Of a stretch of DNA of 64,000 nt, positions 37,171-50,077 are shown piece by piece (position 1 is the stretch's first letter; each line of letters begins with the position of its first letter). The stretch lies in NCBI RefSeq assembly GCF_006345805.1, contig NC_043016.1, positions 2,852,001 through 2,916,000 on the forward strand. Direction: 5' to 3'. Position numbers and translations under genes: made by a program. Origin of the DNA: Octopus sinensis (lineage: Eukaryota). The notes beneath the pieces are model-generated. The model had not been told where the DNA came from and searched no databases. It worked only from the letters and a program-made list of their open reading frames with translations.

Positions 37171-38459
37171 GACAGTACGATAGAGGTGGACAAGACGCAA
37201 GTATGTTTATATTGTGAGAGATGATAGAGAAAGATATAAAAGATTTTATTACTTGAATTGAGAGTTGAGTTATGTTTCAGACGTCAGTAAAACGAGTAAA
37301 AAATTGTAAGCAAGTTTGTCTATTTTAGATTTTCCAAATTCAAGCCACGGGTTTGTTAATTTAGAATCTTAGCTATTGTTTGCATAAATAACAACCAAAT
37401 ATTTTCCAGAATGATGATCCACTAAAGACAAATATGTTAATCAACAGCCTTTAAACCTACCAACATATTCTTGTGAACTAGTTTGCTTAAATTCTCCTTG
37501 TTAGTATCACTGCTATATATTTAAGTGATAACTAACAATCTTAAAGTATAGACAGGTCGTTTCCCTACCATCTTGCCATCACAACTTACAGCTTGATTAA
37601 TATTCATCAGAAGTCAGATTAGCCAAGGAAATGTTAACTGAGAGTATATAAAGCTGAAATGAACTTAAATTATTTATAGTCTTGTAATGGCTTAGCAGGC
37701 CGAAACTTCGAGGTCACTTGCATGATGCCAAGTTACATAGAAAATGAATGAAATACTAATTCCATGATTGAGGATTTGAACAATTACTTCTCCTAAAAGG
37801 AGTTTGCCACAAGTTCTCATAGAATGATACATCATATCATTCTATTGGAGTTAGATAGGCAGCGATGTTCCTTAAAAACATATGGAGGGTGGTCCGTTTT
37901 TTACGAGAACCATTAGATTGGTGTCACCTCAAATACTAAGATCCAAACCCTACTGTTGTGCACAACTACAGATACTACACCACAAGAGTGTTTGTACTGC
38001 AACGCCGATCTTCGCACTAAAATTCGCTTCTCTCCAGGCTAATGAATCTTGAAGAGTACTTCTAGAGAAGTTCACATCGATCAGTCAGAGTGAAACCATT
38101 AATAGTAGATCAGGAGACTCTTGGCAGTGAACCAACTTAAGTAGACATCAAGTATTCAGGACAGAAGTGTGCCGTTTCTATTCGTTAATTGGTGCCTTAA
38201 TAGTGGAAGAAACTAAATACACTTGGCTATATTAGGACTAAAGGGTAAGAAAAATATAACTTGTCTTAGAGCGGAGGAGGAGGAAGAGAAGGGGAATGAA
38301 ACAGTAAATCTACAGGAACTAAAGAGATTCAGTTGTCACGGGTGGGAGTAATACAGTTTTACGTTTATGAATTTGTTTTGCAAGATTTCTGATGTAAAAT
38401 CGTGTGAAAATTACTATTCAGCAACAGTACTTTGGAGTAAAGACTGTTTTCCAAAATAA

Positions 38460-38605
38460 CATGGCAGTCCTGGTTTAGGACGAATGTTACTGCATTTAGC
38501 CCTTGTTCGAAAATATAAGGACGCAGATCGTGTCGTATAGCCAGCGGGAGATGATGTTTTCTGGGGCTAAATTGCAGCAACATTCGTCCTAAACCAAGAC
38601 TCATG
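38460..38605. other. 146-bp fold-back element (MITE-like), ~42-bp arms, TAA on both sides
   Basis: catggcagtcctggtttaggacgaatgttactgcatttagccc (38460-38502) versus gggctaaattgcagcaacattcgtcctaaaccaagactcatg (38564-38605). Confidence 0.7.
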
Positions 38606-38862
38606 TAATATTGGTAAAATCGTGTCTTGAAACAAATATCGTTATATTTAGGGAAGGTCATTTTTTTTCTTACCAAATAAATACTAGCACTATGTATTCC
38701 TTTTTCATTTGTTTATTAATGTTCTTTTATGTCCATTGTCTGAAAATCTTTCGTCACACAACTGTAGCTTCTTCAACGACTCTTTATCCCAAGTATCTCC
38801 TGTTCAGGTGAGTGAAAAATCGTCAAACAACAGATGTCAAAGAAAAAAAAGAAAAGAGAACT

Positions 38863-38899
38863 GGCGCAGGAGTGGTTGTGTGGTAAGAAGCTTGCTTAC
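38863..38899 (+). mobile_element. 5' part of a SINE-B copy split by the 38900-40962 insertion
   Basis: ggcgcaggagtggttgtgtggtaagaagcttgcttac; the SINE resumes at 40963. Confidence 0.85.
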
Positions 38900-40962
38900 T
38901 TCCGGTTACCCAGAATGCAACACTAGTTGATCTGGACTGTTACAGTGAGAAGACGTTAGTTTCGGCTCCGTGAATAGAAAAAAGAGCAAAAAGAAAAATT
39001 GTCAATTATGGCTCGCTATAGCGAGCAAAAATATTGTTCTCATTACCATAACGGTGAATTGAGAATTTTTGCTTCAAAATTCTTTGGTCTGCCTTTTTTT
39101 CGCCAAATAATTTGTAAATTCTAGTGGGCATATCTCGCTAGAAAAAGTGGACAAGAATAACCCAGACTATTGGATTACCTGTTGGAGTATTATACAAAGT
39201 ATTCCCTGTCTGTTCGATTTGTGAGGTTTTTATTTTATTTTTCCCTTCTATTTTTTCTTTCTTTCTAAATTTTGGTTCATTCTTTTCATTCTTTTAATTT
39301 CAGTTTCCTTTTCTTCCCTTTTATTTTGTTTTACTTCTATTTTTATTCGGTTTTAATTTTTTGGCGGACTGTTTTTTGAACTACTTTTGAACTGTTTTTT
39401 TGGACATGGCAGAGAAGGAACTTCAAAAGAAGAACTCAGTCTTGGAATGGGAAATTAACCCGCCTAAGCAGTGGTTAAAAGATATGGAGGAGAGGACTAT
39501 GGTGGTTAGAACTTATTCTAAAGTTCTTGATTCCATCACCGTCTTCCCAAAACCAGTTATAGAAAATGAGCTGAAAGACTATTTGTCCTCTGTGAAATAC
39601 ATATCCTGTGGTGTCAAACATGCAACCGTATGGTTGCTGTTTGACAACCGGGAAAAGGCTCGCACATTTGCGAGTCAGCCTTTCGAGGGCAACGAAATTC
39701 TCTTCCTCTCGTTGTACTGCAGGAGAAAATTAATAAGAGCCTGGATATGTGGGTTGCCCCCAGGCACCGAGATGGGTTGGATTGAAGATACCATCCGACG
39801 GGGACTGGGGGATGGCGGACCCAGGCTCTTAAATGTATTGCCGGCGGTCGATTGGAAAGGGTCAAAAGCGATTTTGACCCTTTGGACCCCATCGGCCGCA
39901 ACAGATCTGGTTTTTACAGATTTTTAAAAAATGGCAGGATGCATGTATCCGGTGATACTTGAGGGACGTCCCCCCAAGTGTCACTCATGCCTGAAGCCAG
40001 TCACATTACAAATAACTGCCCCCAGGACCATGGTAAGGTCCTGGAACATTCACTCCTACCCGGTCAAAGTGAGAGGTGGATGTGGTTGAGCCTCCTCAAC
40101 TCAAAAAGGATTAAAAAGGAAGAAGGCGGGCAACAATAGTTGCCTGCCGAAGGACTCTACGGCTTCGGGAGGTGGGGGATAGACTCCGGACAAAGCGGAA
40201 GAGTTCCACTCTCCCGAAGTCTGGAAGAAAAGAAAAAAAGAAAGAAGAACGGGTCATCGCAGTGGGGGAGATTATGTGCTGTCTGCATGTCCCGAAGTTG
40301 TTCCACCCACGGGGGAAGAAACGACCCCACCCCATAAAGATGATGAATTAATTATCTTTTTCTACAAGGGCGGGGAGGTGGAAAAATAGTAGAAGAACAT
40401 AATGAGGCAGTAGATATGCCCTTCACACGGGATCCCGAATGGCCTCCGCAGATAGCTGTGGAGGTCATAAGGTTGCCCTTGTGGGAAAGGCTTAAAGGAT
40501 TTGGGGAGGAGTGTCGCATATGGCCGGGTGGCCCTTACACGACTTACATGTCTTACATGAGTGAGGCATGGGAAATAGCGGGATACAGGAACTCAAGCGG
40601 CAATGAAGATAATGATGAATATATCGATGGATATATCGATGAGTAGGAGGTGAAAAGCCTCGTTATAGGGTTTGAAACTTCATCTTATTGTATTATTTGT
40701 AATGGTTTATAACCTCAATTGTGTGTTTAAAAAAAAAAAAACAAAGAAAGAGGTTTTAGTGCCTCCTTCTTGTAAGAGGTTTGAAACCTCATATTGATTT
40801 TTAAAAAAAAGAAAATATGTTTTCGAGAAAAATCCAATCGGCGGGTGTTGGGTTTCGTCTCTCATTTATTCATTCTATTTCATTTTCATTCATTAATGTG
40901 TTTGTCACGCCCGCAAAGCTACACAATCTTTGTACTGTCTATATGACAAATTTTATGAAATA
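38900..40962 (+). mobile_element. ORF1-only (half-L1-like) non-autonomous retroelement, 2063 bp, with a 15-bp TSD
   Basis: TSD aagaagcttgcttac (38885-38899) / aagtagcttgcttac (40963-40977). Contains an ORF1 homologue and ends in gaaataaa. No APE or RT motifs seen. Confidence 0.8.
39406..40020 (+). pseudogene. gag-like ORF1 with a CCHC knuckle (stop at 39925-39927, frameshift at ~40000)
   Basis: FDNREKARTF..DWKGSKAIL..YPVILEGRPPKCHSCLKP(G)HITNNC aligns with FHTEVLAKRF..NWVGKRVEF..YVVVDGRRPRCYICGSEQHLKKDC of the 10747 ORF1 fragment. Confidence 0.8.
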
Positions 40963-41111
40963 AAGTAGCTTGCTTACCGACCACATGGTTCCGAGTTCAG
41001 TTCCACTGCGTGGCACCTTGGGCAAGTGTCTTCTACTATAGCCCCGCGCCGACCAAAGCCTTGTGAGTGGATTTGGTAAACGGAAAATGAAAGAAGCCCG
41101 TCGTATATATG

Positions 41112-41150
<39 letters not shown>

Positions 41151-41364
41151 TTGTGTATGTGCTTGTGTCTGTGTTTGTCCCCCTAACATCGCTTGACAAC
41201 CGATGTTGGTGTGTTTACGTCCACGTAACTTAGAGGTCCAGCAAAAGCGACCGATAGAATAAGGCTTCCAAAGAATAAGTCCTGGGGTCGATTTGCTCGA
41301 CTAAAGGCGGTGCTCCAGCATGGCCGCAGTCAAATTACTGACACAAGTAAAAGAGTAAAAGAGA
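40963..41364 (+). mobile_element. 3' remainder of the split SINE-B
   Basis: Continues cgaccacatggttccgagttcagttccactgcgtggcacc through to gtaaaagagtaaaagag. Confidence 0.9.
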
Positions 41365-41671
41365 GTAATAAACAAGTGTAGAAAGATCATATAGTGCGTG
41401 TGCATATTTGGTAAAAAAAATATGACTCTCCCGAAACATCACAAATAAAATTGTTTGATACTAATGAAGTTTTCTGGGAGGAATATAATGTTGCCTTTAC
41501 TTAATGTTCATACATGTTGTGTTGGCTATGGTATATACGGGGTTACGGGTAGATGATTCTTCGATAACTGAATTCGGAAGTTGCGCAATCGTATTAATTT
41601 AGCTAGTTGCATGTTAGTACAGTTACTCTGACGATAAAAACAACGTCACTATTTTGGCTGCTACTTTAGTC

Positions 41672-41800
41672 TATCGACTTCGAAAGGATGAGAAACTAAG
41701 TTGGTCTTCGGTAGGGTTTGAACTCAGAACTGTTTGAACAACGACTGCAACTAAATACAGTAATGCATTTTTCTGGCGATTTGAAGATTCTGCTAGTTCG
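41672..41800 (-). mobile_element. Old diverged SINE-A-like copy
   Basis: gttctgagttcaaaccc and catcctttcgaagtcgatagact on the minus strand. Confidence 0.5.
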
Positions 41801-41819
41801 AGACACGTTCTATACAAAA

Positions 41820-41823
41820 TATG

Positions 41824-41878
<55 letters not shown>

Positions 41879-42060
41879 AAAAAGACAGAAAGAAAGAAAA
41901 CTGGAACTGAAGAAAGGAAGGAGGGAAGGAAAGAAAGAAAGCAAGAAAGAAGGAAGGAAGAAAGAATGGAACTGAAGAAAGGCAGTGAAGAAGAAAGGAA
42001 GGAGGGAAGGAAAGAAAGGAAGGAAGAACGGATGATTGGGGGAAAAGAAAAATGGAGAAA
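41820..42060. repeat. (GAAA)n/(GGAA)n purine tract
   Basis: Seen directly. Confidence 0.9.
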
Positions 42061-42239
42061 TAAAGAAAAATGAGGAAAAGAAAAAAAAAAAAACCCTCGC
42101 AAATTAAGAAGAGAACAAAGAAAAGCGTCTGGGTAAAAATAAAAGGTAAGAATGGTTGAGGAAATGTGCTGACAGTTGAATCGACGTAGAAGGAAGACAT
42201 GCGTTGATTGAAGAGACGAAACAACAAGTCTGGACAAAC

Positions 42240-44453
42240 CCATCACTACTTGTTGATATTAATATCACTGTGGTAGATGTAGTCGTTGCTTTTATTGACG
42301 TTGTTCATGACGATGATGATGATGATGATGATGATGACGACAATGGTGATGATGACAGATGGCAGTGGTGTTGGGCGCAGTGAAATTATGGCCGTGTGTC
42401 ATGTGAATGTGGTTGTGGTCGCGCGCTCGTAATATCGCTGGTAGTGGTAGTGGTGCGTCGCTGATGCAGTGTCTCTCCGGGTTTGTGTTGCTTGTGATTG
42501 TAGTGTCGTCGATAATCGGGGATTTTGCTGGTCGTGATGTCTGTGCTATTCTTACTCACGGTGGTTGTAGGGTCTTAGAGACGATAGTGGTTGTTGATGT
42601 TGTTTATTGTCGATGTTTGTAGTTGTGGTGATGGTTGTGATAAGGTTCGTGTTGGTAGTGGTTTGGTGTAGTGCTTTTATTTTGTGATGTGGTATGTTCT
42701 CTTGCAGTGTCGCGCTTTAGCTAAGATGTGTTTTGTTAAGATGATGATGATGATGATGATGATGATGGCACTTGTTATATAGTACCGTTGTGTTATGCTG
42801 TGGTGTATTGTTGGTGTGTTGTTTTAGTAAGGTTTCAGTGATTGTAGTGATAATGATCCATTGTGTCGTTTCGAAAAGTACTAGTGGTTATGTTAGTACC
42901 ATTGGTATTTTTTCTTTCTTTAGTCTACTGCTTGAGAGAGCACATGGAGGTATTTCCTTATCTGTCTTTGTTAGTATTGTTTTCGATATAGGTATATTCC
43001 TATTATTACATACTAAATGGTTTTTATGGGTGGCGTGTTGGCATTAGTAATACTGATGCTAGCTGACATAGCATAGTAATAAAAATGTATAAGCATAAAT
43101 CAAATAACATATAAATTCTTAATTTATTGAAATTATCGCCCTTCCTGAAAGAGTATACCAATTGATCGGTCACTATGAGTGCCAACGCCAAATCAGAAAC
43201 GAAAGATATGTCATGAACCAATAATTTTTCTAAAAGTTATGTGTTAAGAGATTATGGGGCCCAGGTTTCTGCTGCCATAGGTGTCATCAGCATAGCAATG
43301 TTCCTACATTATGTTCATATATTACTTTGCTTCCCGACTAAGAGATAAAAAGACGCTGCGTTGACAGTGATAGTCGTGACAGTGCATTGACTATGGTAAA
43401 GGTGCTTGTGTGAATGATATTTGTATTTATGTACTGGTATTGGTGACGTTGGTAGCGACGGTCACGTTAATGTATTGGCAGTGGTAATAGTGGTAGTGCT
43501 TGTTAGTGATAGTTGTAGTAGAGTATTGGTGTTTTTACTGGTTTAGTGGTTATTTTAAATCCGTTTGTAGTGTTTTGTTGAGGGTATTGATGTTAGCTAA
43601 TATCTTGGCTGCTGTACTAATGAAATTGAAGTTGGTAATTCATTCTACGATGGTTTGAGTGGTAAATGGTTTGTGATTTCGGTGATGGAATCTTGATAAT
43701 AACGATGTCGTTATTTAACCCTAGTTCAGTCGCGGGCGGGCAAAACAGCCGCGACCAATGTATCACTTCAAACGGATTTTATCTGGGATAATATTATCCA
43801 ATCATTTCTTCTATTTTTAACACTATAAGGTGTGATTTCGACTGTTATTTTAGAAAGATCTGCAGCAGTTGGCTCTGCAGTAATGATGCTAATTGTTACG
43901 CTGATGGCAATAGATATAATGATCTTTTGGGAATTGATTAATTTGGCTCAGGGAACGCTTCATTTGTGATGTCAGTTGTGATGATGGCAGTACTGTTAGT
44001 ATTCTTATTGTTGATGCTGATGATGAAAGGAGTGTGTTTGTGGTTACGGTGTCATCTATAGTGTTGTCGTTGTGTTTGTAGTGATAATCATAATAGTGGT
44101 GGTTGTCATAGAAGTCGTGGCAAGGTATGGTCGTACTAAGGAAGCTACATTTTGCGCCCGATGACGTTGGTCAAAGAAGCCATGCCTTTGATAAACTAAG
44201 TAATAAACAAAATGAATGCAAACATGGAAAGACAAAACAAAAATGAAAATAAAATAAATGAAATAACATAACAAAATCAACGCCATCTGTTGAGCGTTAA
44301 TCGAAATATCAGTGTAGTGGCGTCGTTTCTATTGTTGGAAAAGAATGACGAAGGTCGGATCACTGTGGAAACAGTGAGACCATTGTTATGATTGCATGAA
44401 ACACTTTGAGTAATTGTAGCAAATTAAATTATTATTATTATTATTATTATTAT

Positions 44454-44504
<51 letters not shown>

Positions 44505-44536
44505 AAGAAGAAGTTGTTGTAGTAGTAGTAGTAGTA

Positions 44537-44624
<88 letters not shown>

Positions 44625-44632
44625 AAGATTAC

Positions 44633-44665
<33 letters not shown>

Positions 44666-44700
44666 ATTACTAGTAGGAGTAGTAGTAGCAGCGGCAGCAA
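42240..44700. repeat. Long degenerate GTG/GTT/GAT triplet-rich region ending in (TTA)n(TAG)n(CAG)n
   Basis: Composition; no sustained open frame. Confidence 0.7.
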
Positions 44701-45276
44701 TATCAGCAGCAGTCGCAAGCCTTTTTTTTTCCAATTTATTGCTTTTGATATATTGCTGCTTATATGCTTTTTAATGCGGTCGACATTTTCTTTTGTGTTT
44801 CTGAATGTTTTCTTTTTTCGTCGCTGACGTCGACGTTGTTGCCGTTTCAGGTTTTTTATTGTTCTTATATTTTCAGCTATATTGTTAAAGGATGTTTTTG
44901 ACGTTAATATCATTTTCATGTATTCACGGATTCGGCTGTCCTTTGAGTCTATTGTGAAGATCGTCACGCTGCTTTACGTCGGCGGGGAAGAGTAGATAGT
45001 GTTTATATGTCAGTTGCCCTTAGCGAAAGAGGTTGTGTGGTGGAGCAGATTGTAAAAGCTTTCTGAGGATAGCGACGGATGTGCTGCTTTCCAGCAATTA
45101 TCTTGAAAGCTGGAAGATTGTTCCAGAAACAGACCTTCGCAACAAACAATTCTGAGAAATTGCGCACGACGGTTTTTTTTTTATTTTACTTTTGTTATTT
45201 TTCAGGTGGTCTTTAAATTAATCCCGATCAATTCACGCGAGCAATGTTATAACTAATATATAAATATATATATACA

Positions 45277-45310
<34 letters not shown>

Positions 45311-45356
45311 TAGCATTGCCGCGGCCTTCGGGCTAAAACATTTTAAAGGATTTTCA

Positions 45357-45399
<43 letters not shown>

Positions 45400-45407
45400 C
45401 ATACATA

Positions 45408-45608
45408 TATTACGGAGATGTACTTGCATAGCGAGTGACTTGATCTGAGATCGTGTGCTGGAACGAAAACAATTGCAGCGTGGAAGGTGTTTAAGAAACA
45501 CACAAAACCGGTTAGATTCACTTCAACATTTAAATTTAATTTGTCAAAATATTTTCGTCGCTTTCAGACCGCGACCTCTTCACTGACAAAGCTTCGTGCT
45601 GCATCTGA
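45408..45608 (-). repeat. Second copy of the 30603-30815 repeat; hammerhead at 45540-45590 with G8 instead of C8
   Basis: Minus strand: tttgtca gtgaaga g gtcgc ggtctgaaa gcgac gaaaatattt tgacaaa. Confidence 0.85.
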
Positions 45609-45629
45609 GAAAGTAACAGTTAGTTCATG

Positions 45630-45736
45630 ATATATATATGTACGTATGTATGTGTGTGTGTATGTATGTATGTATGTATGTATGTATGTATGTATGTATG
45701 TATGTATGTGAGTATGTATGTATGTATGTATGTATG

Positions 45737-45769
<33 letters not shown>

Positions 45770-46010
45770 GCGTATGTAAGTATGTATGTATTTATGTACG
45801 TATGTATGTATGTATGTATCTATGTATGTGCGTACGTATGTATGTGCGTATGTATGTGTGTACATGTATGTGCGAATGCATGTGTGCATGCCTATACGCA
45901 TGTATGTATGTACTTATGTACTTACATATGTATGTGAGTATTTAGGAGAGTATGTAGACGTGTCTGTGTGTGTGTACGTGTGTATGTACATGTGAACGTA
46001 TGTTTGTGTA
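45630..46010. repeat. (TATG)n array
   Basis: Seen directly. Confidence 0.95.
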
Positions 46011-46451
46011 ATGATATGTGTCAGTTCAAGTTGTATACATTCACTGTTGCTTTCTTATAGTGTGTCCAGGCTATTGACAAGTTTTTGTGTTGTTTGTGAC
46101 AATCTTCTGAGGTCATCTTATTGATGGGTAGCTGATCTTTACAACCATAGGACCCACGTTTACATCCCTTTTGCTCATTAAAAACTATAGGTATATTCAG
46201 TCAGGACAGATGCAAGCGTTTTATACATTGTTGTTAAGCAGGTTATGGGTCGATAATTTTTTGGTTCATTTGTTTCTTCATTCTTTGGAAGTAGGAATGT
46301 TAAACCATTAACTAACCAAGAGGGAATCATATTAGGTTGTTGCAAACATTGTTGTAAGGTTTTGTTTGCAGTTAATGACTATCTGGGAAGGCATTCAACC
46401 AGAAGCTAGCAATTTTATCCTTTTCTGGAGACTTCAATTTGCTTGACTTCC

Positions 46452-46539
<88 letters not shown>

Positions 46540-46609
46540 TATTATTATTTTCTCAAATTTTATTGTAACTGCTGGAGTTTTGCATGCGTTGTCTGTACAA
46601 ATTTAATAA

Positions 46610-46910
46610 GCCCAATATAAGCGCTATGACTACCCGCCTTATAAGGGTACGCTAAGCACATGCATCACAACCATATGTACACGACATGGTGATCTCATAT
46701 CAAGATAAACAGCACATGACCTTGCAGGTGGGACTCAGCTAGAATTTTCTTCAGGCCGAGTAGCCCAACCCCCTCAAATGTCCCTGAATAAAATCGATGT
46801 TTCCAAAGGTGAATTTGTTAAACCACAAAGAAGTCTTTTCAACACATCGCTATGATGCAACCCCCACTAATTATGCTCGTGAACAGAGATGCACATATCA
46901 GCATACCCCA
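46610..46910 (-). mobile_element. Partial diverged copy of the 58897-59446 element
   Basis: catggtgatctcatatcaagataaacagcacatgaccttgcaggtggg is the reverse complement of 59271-59318. Confidence 0.85.
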
Positions 46911-48217
46911 GTTTTAATAATCAGACAAAGCATGTACATGATACCACTTCCGGTCATTTAAGATCGGAAGCCACGAGAGTCATTTCCTGTAGCTACAATC
47001 AATGTTTGTATAAGTCATGTTATAAAGTCCAGGAGAAAGCGATGTACAATTTCTCAAGCTGCATTGAACTGTGGCTGCATTGAGGTTTAAAGCTGCAATG
47101 TGCAAATTGCGTAGTGAAGAGGAGAAACTGCAAAGCAGTGTGGTTCAAAACAAATGTTTAAACGGGAATTCTGTATAGGCGGCTACTTGTAAAGAATAAA
47201 ATACATTACTCGTGCAAAGAACTAATAAGGCAACATTCCGAAGTGTAAGTATTCCGAGATATTTCGCAGCATACTAAGTGTTACCCAGTTGGCTGCTTAA
47301 CGAATTTCAGGAAGGATTTCTTTTGGTGGCGACATGAGGTTATCAACTCTGATTAGGAATTTAAGAACCCGAGTTATAATGTTAAACTTTTCTATTGAGT
47401 AGAGTTGGCACTTGTTACCGATGAAATGTGCTGGAACCGCACATAATGAAACAGTTAATGTTGTAGTTGGTTCTTTTTGCGATTTACTCTCCGAATATTC
47501 TTCGGAAGAGTTGCTGCAGACCTTTGCCTTCATGTCTGAAAGTATTTAAATGTTGAGCATCACTTGATTCAAAACCGTCCTAACTGAGGCCAAAACAACA
47601 TTTAGTACTTTTGCTGTTATTGATAGTTGGCACTTTCTTTGAAAGCATTTACCGTTTCTATCCCAGCAGTAATCAAAGAAGTGTAATGTAGTGTCCATGT
47701 AACTGAAATTCCAGAAGATTCGACCGGTAAAATTATTCTGTGAGGAATGTACAAAGAAGAAATTCGAGACATTTGAGGGATGCATTTTCGTATTCATGCC
47801 AAGAATATTTATTTAGTTCCACGACTTCCATACTATTATAGTTATTACGTACTTTCCTCATGTAATATTAATTTCAGTATGTAAAACATTATAGGTATAA
47901 ATTCATGTGTAAGTTCATACATACACACACACATAGATATACACACATTCATTTATGTATATTTGTATGTGTGTGTATGTGTGTGTGTATGGGAGTGGTC
48001 CATGTTGTGTACATGTGTATTTGTGTGTGTATGATGTGTTATCACTTACCTACTTATTTTCATGCAGATAGCATCTCTGAATTTCTTAAATCTCCGAATA
48101 TTTTGTTGCATATGTATTTATGTGGAGAATATTTATATAGATAACATTTTGCGTTGGCCATCACGTTACACGTTAGCTCTAGTTTAAAGTTCTTCAATTT
48201 TTATGCTTTCTACTGCT

Positions 48218-49365
48218 ATGCACAAAGGTTGGTCGAAAAGTCCATAGGCTGACCAAATGGAATGTGACCAAATGAGGTTTATTTTTCAAAATAATCCCCC
48301 TTGAGTTCCACAAATTTCTTCCATCGGTGTTCTTGGATCGTATAGGGGAAGAAGCATTCATCGTATTGCTCAAAAAGTCATCGGCGGTAGACATGACTTT
48401 ATAATCACTGCTTTACTGCTTCCCAATCAAGTGGGTTTTTCACATTGGAGAACAAATGGTAATCTCAAATGACAAATGGTAGTCAGTTGGCATCAAATTA
48501 GGAGAATCGGGAGGGTATTCAGCCAATTCAAAGCCACAATCATGCAAAACAGTCATTGGATTCTGGGACGTGTGTACTGGAGCATTGTCCTGATAAAAAA
48601 AGACTCCTTCCGACGGCTTTTCTAGACATTTGGTCTTGATAACCTTTCGTAACTGTCTCAGCAAGTTGGCACAGTACCACCCATTGATGGTGTGGCACTT
48701 TCCAAGATAGTCAACAAACACGATGCTTCCTGCATCCCAAACATCTGAGATTACCTGGTACGCTTTTGATCAAGTGTCAGAAGACGTGGCACCAACCGAG
48801 CAGAAACCTTCGTAACGCCAATTTCAATGTACAGGATATTCTCAACTCTCTCACAGGATATGTTAATAGCATCGGCAATAGTCAATTGCGTATCATTTAT
48901 TACCATGTGATAAACCACGATCAATATTTTCCTCAATGGTGGCAAGTGCAGGACGTCCAGACATTGGGTCATCTTCAAGAGTAAATTCAACTGGCCACTT
49001 TTTGAGCTGTTGATAAAGCTGGAGTGTCATCCACTAATATAACATTCATGTCAACATGAACGTCGTTCAGGGCAAAAGGACTTTTTTGCAGGTACTTGAC
49101 AACAATTCGATGCCAAATTTTGGTCGGTTTGAAGGGAAGTCACTACTAGTGACATATGAAATCTTTCAAAAGTCAGATTTTAGGGTTGAAATTAATACCT
49201 GTAAGATTTCATAGCTCTGGCATCACTTCTTCATATTCTGCTCATGACGTCTTCAGTTCTCCTGCCTGACTTAAACATTCAAAACCAAAAGCTGTTGCAG
49301 CTGAACAAATTGACCTAAAATATTCTCTTAATTTATGAACATTCACTCCTCAGATACACTCACTT
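48218..49365 (-). mobile_element. Decayed mariner transposon (right end approximate)
   Basis: VSARLVPRLL (WVPRLL-like), DYLGKCHTING, FYQDNAPVH and YPPDSPNLMPTDY. TIR-like ggttggtcgaaaagtccataggctgacc at the left end. Confidence 0.85.
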
Positions 49366-50028
49366 GGAGACGCCACTTGCACGAAAATAAGTAAGTAAAT
49401 GATAACACATCACTCACAAATACACATGTAAACAACATGGACCACTCCCATACATGCACACATACACACACATCCAAATATACATAAATGAATGTGTGTA
49501 TATCTATGTGTATGTGTGTATGTATGAACTTACTTATGAATTTATACTGTATTCAGATATCGCTGCCTTTGCATTAGAATTTGATATATACACTTTCCCA
49601 TAGTAAAGTAGACTAATATATAGAATGATTGAGCTAATGGTGACATACTGTATTAAACTCTGAAAAGCTAATGGGAAAAAATATGCTGGAATGAAAAAAA
49701 ACAACATTTTTTGGTAAACTGTTAATATGAGTTTAGTTAATCACGCTTGATAATATAATTTATGACTCAGCAAAACTAGTTGAACCGCTCCATGTGACAT
49801 CGTTGTTTAGAGAAGTTCCAAATGAGTGTATCAGGTGTGAATATTCAGATGTTTTGTTCTTTTCATAATAGGAAGACAGCAAATGACTAAGCAGCGAAAA
49901 TAGCTTGTAAATATTCCATAATTTTCTTTGTATTCTTCATTATAATCGCAAACAAACGTATGTTAGGGAATGAAGTGAAGAATTAAACAATGTGTGCGTG
50001 CGTGCGTGTCCGTGTGTGTGTGTTTGTA

Positions 50029-50077
<49 letters not shown>

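Noticed and set aside
42240-44130. Mucin-like Thr-rich coding region on the minus strand
   Set aside because: Frequent stops and no long ORF in the track; degenerate triplet repeats explain it. A short minus-strand FIKGMASLTNVIGRKM* after an acceptor-like site near 44190 was noted but is unsupported.
44632-44967. Basic 111-aa minus-strand ORF (KRQQRRRQRRKKK)
   Set aside because: Non-ATG start, no recognisable domain, and it runs into a microsatellite.
47100-47800. Possible hAT-like transposase remnant on the minus strand
   Set aside because: No diagnostic motif or paired TIRs could be identified by eye.
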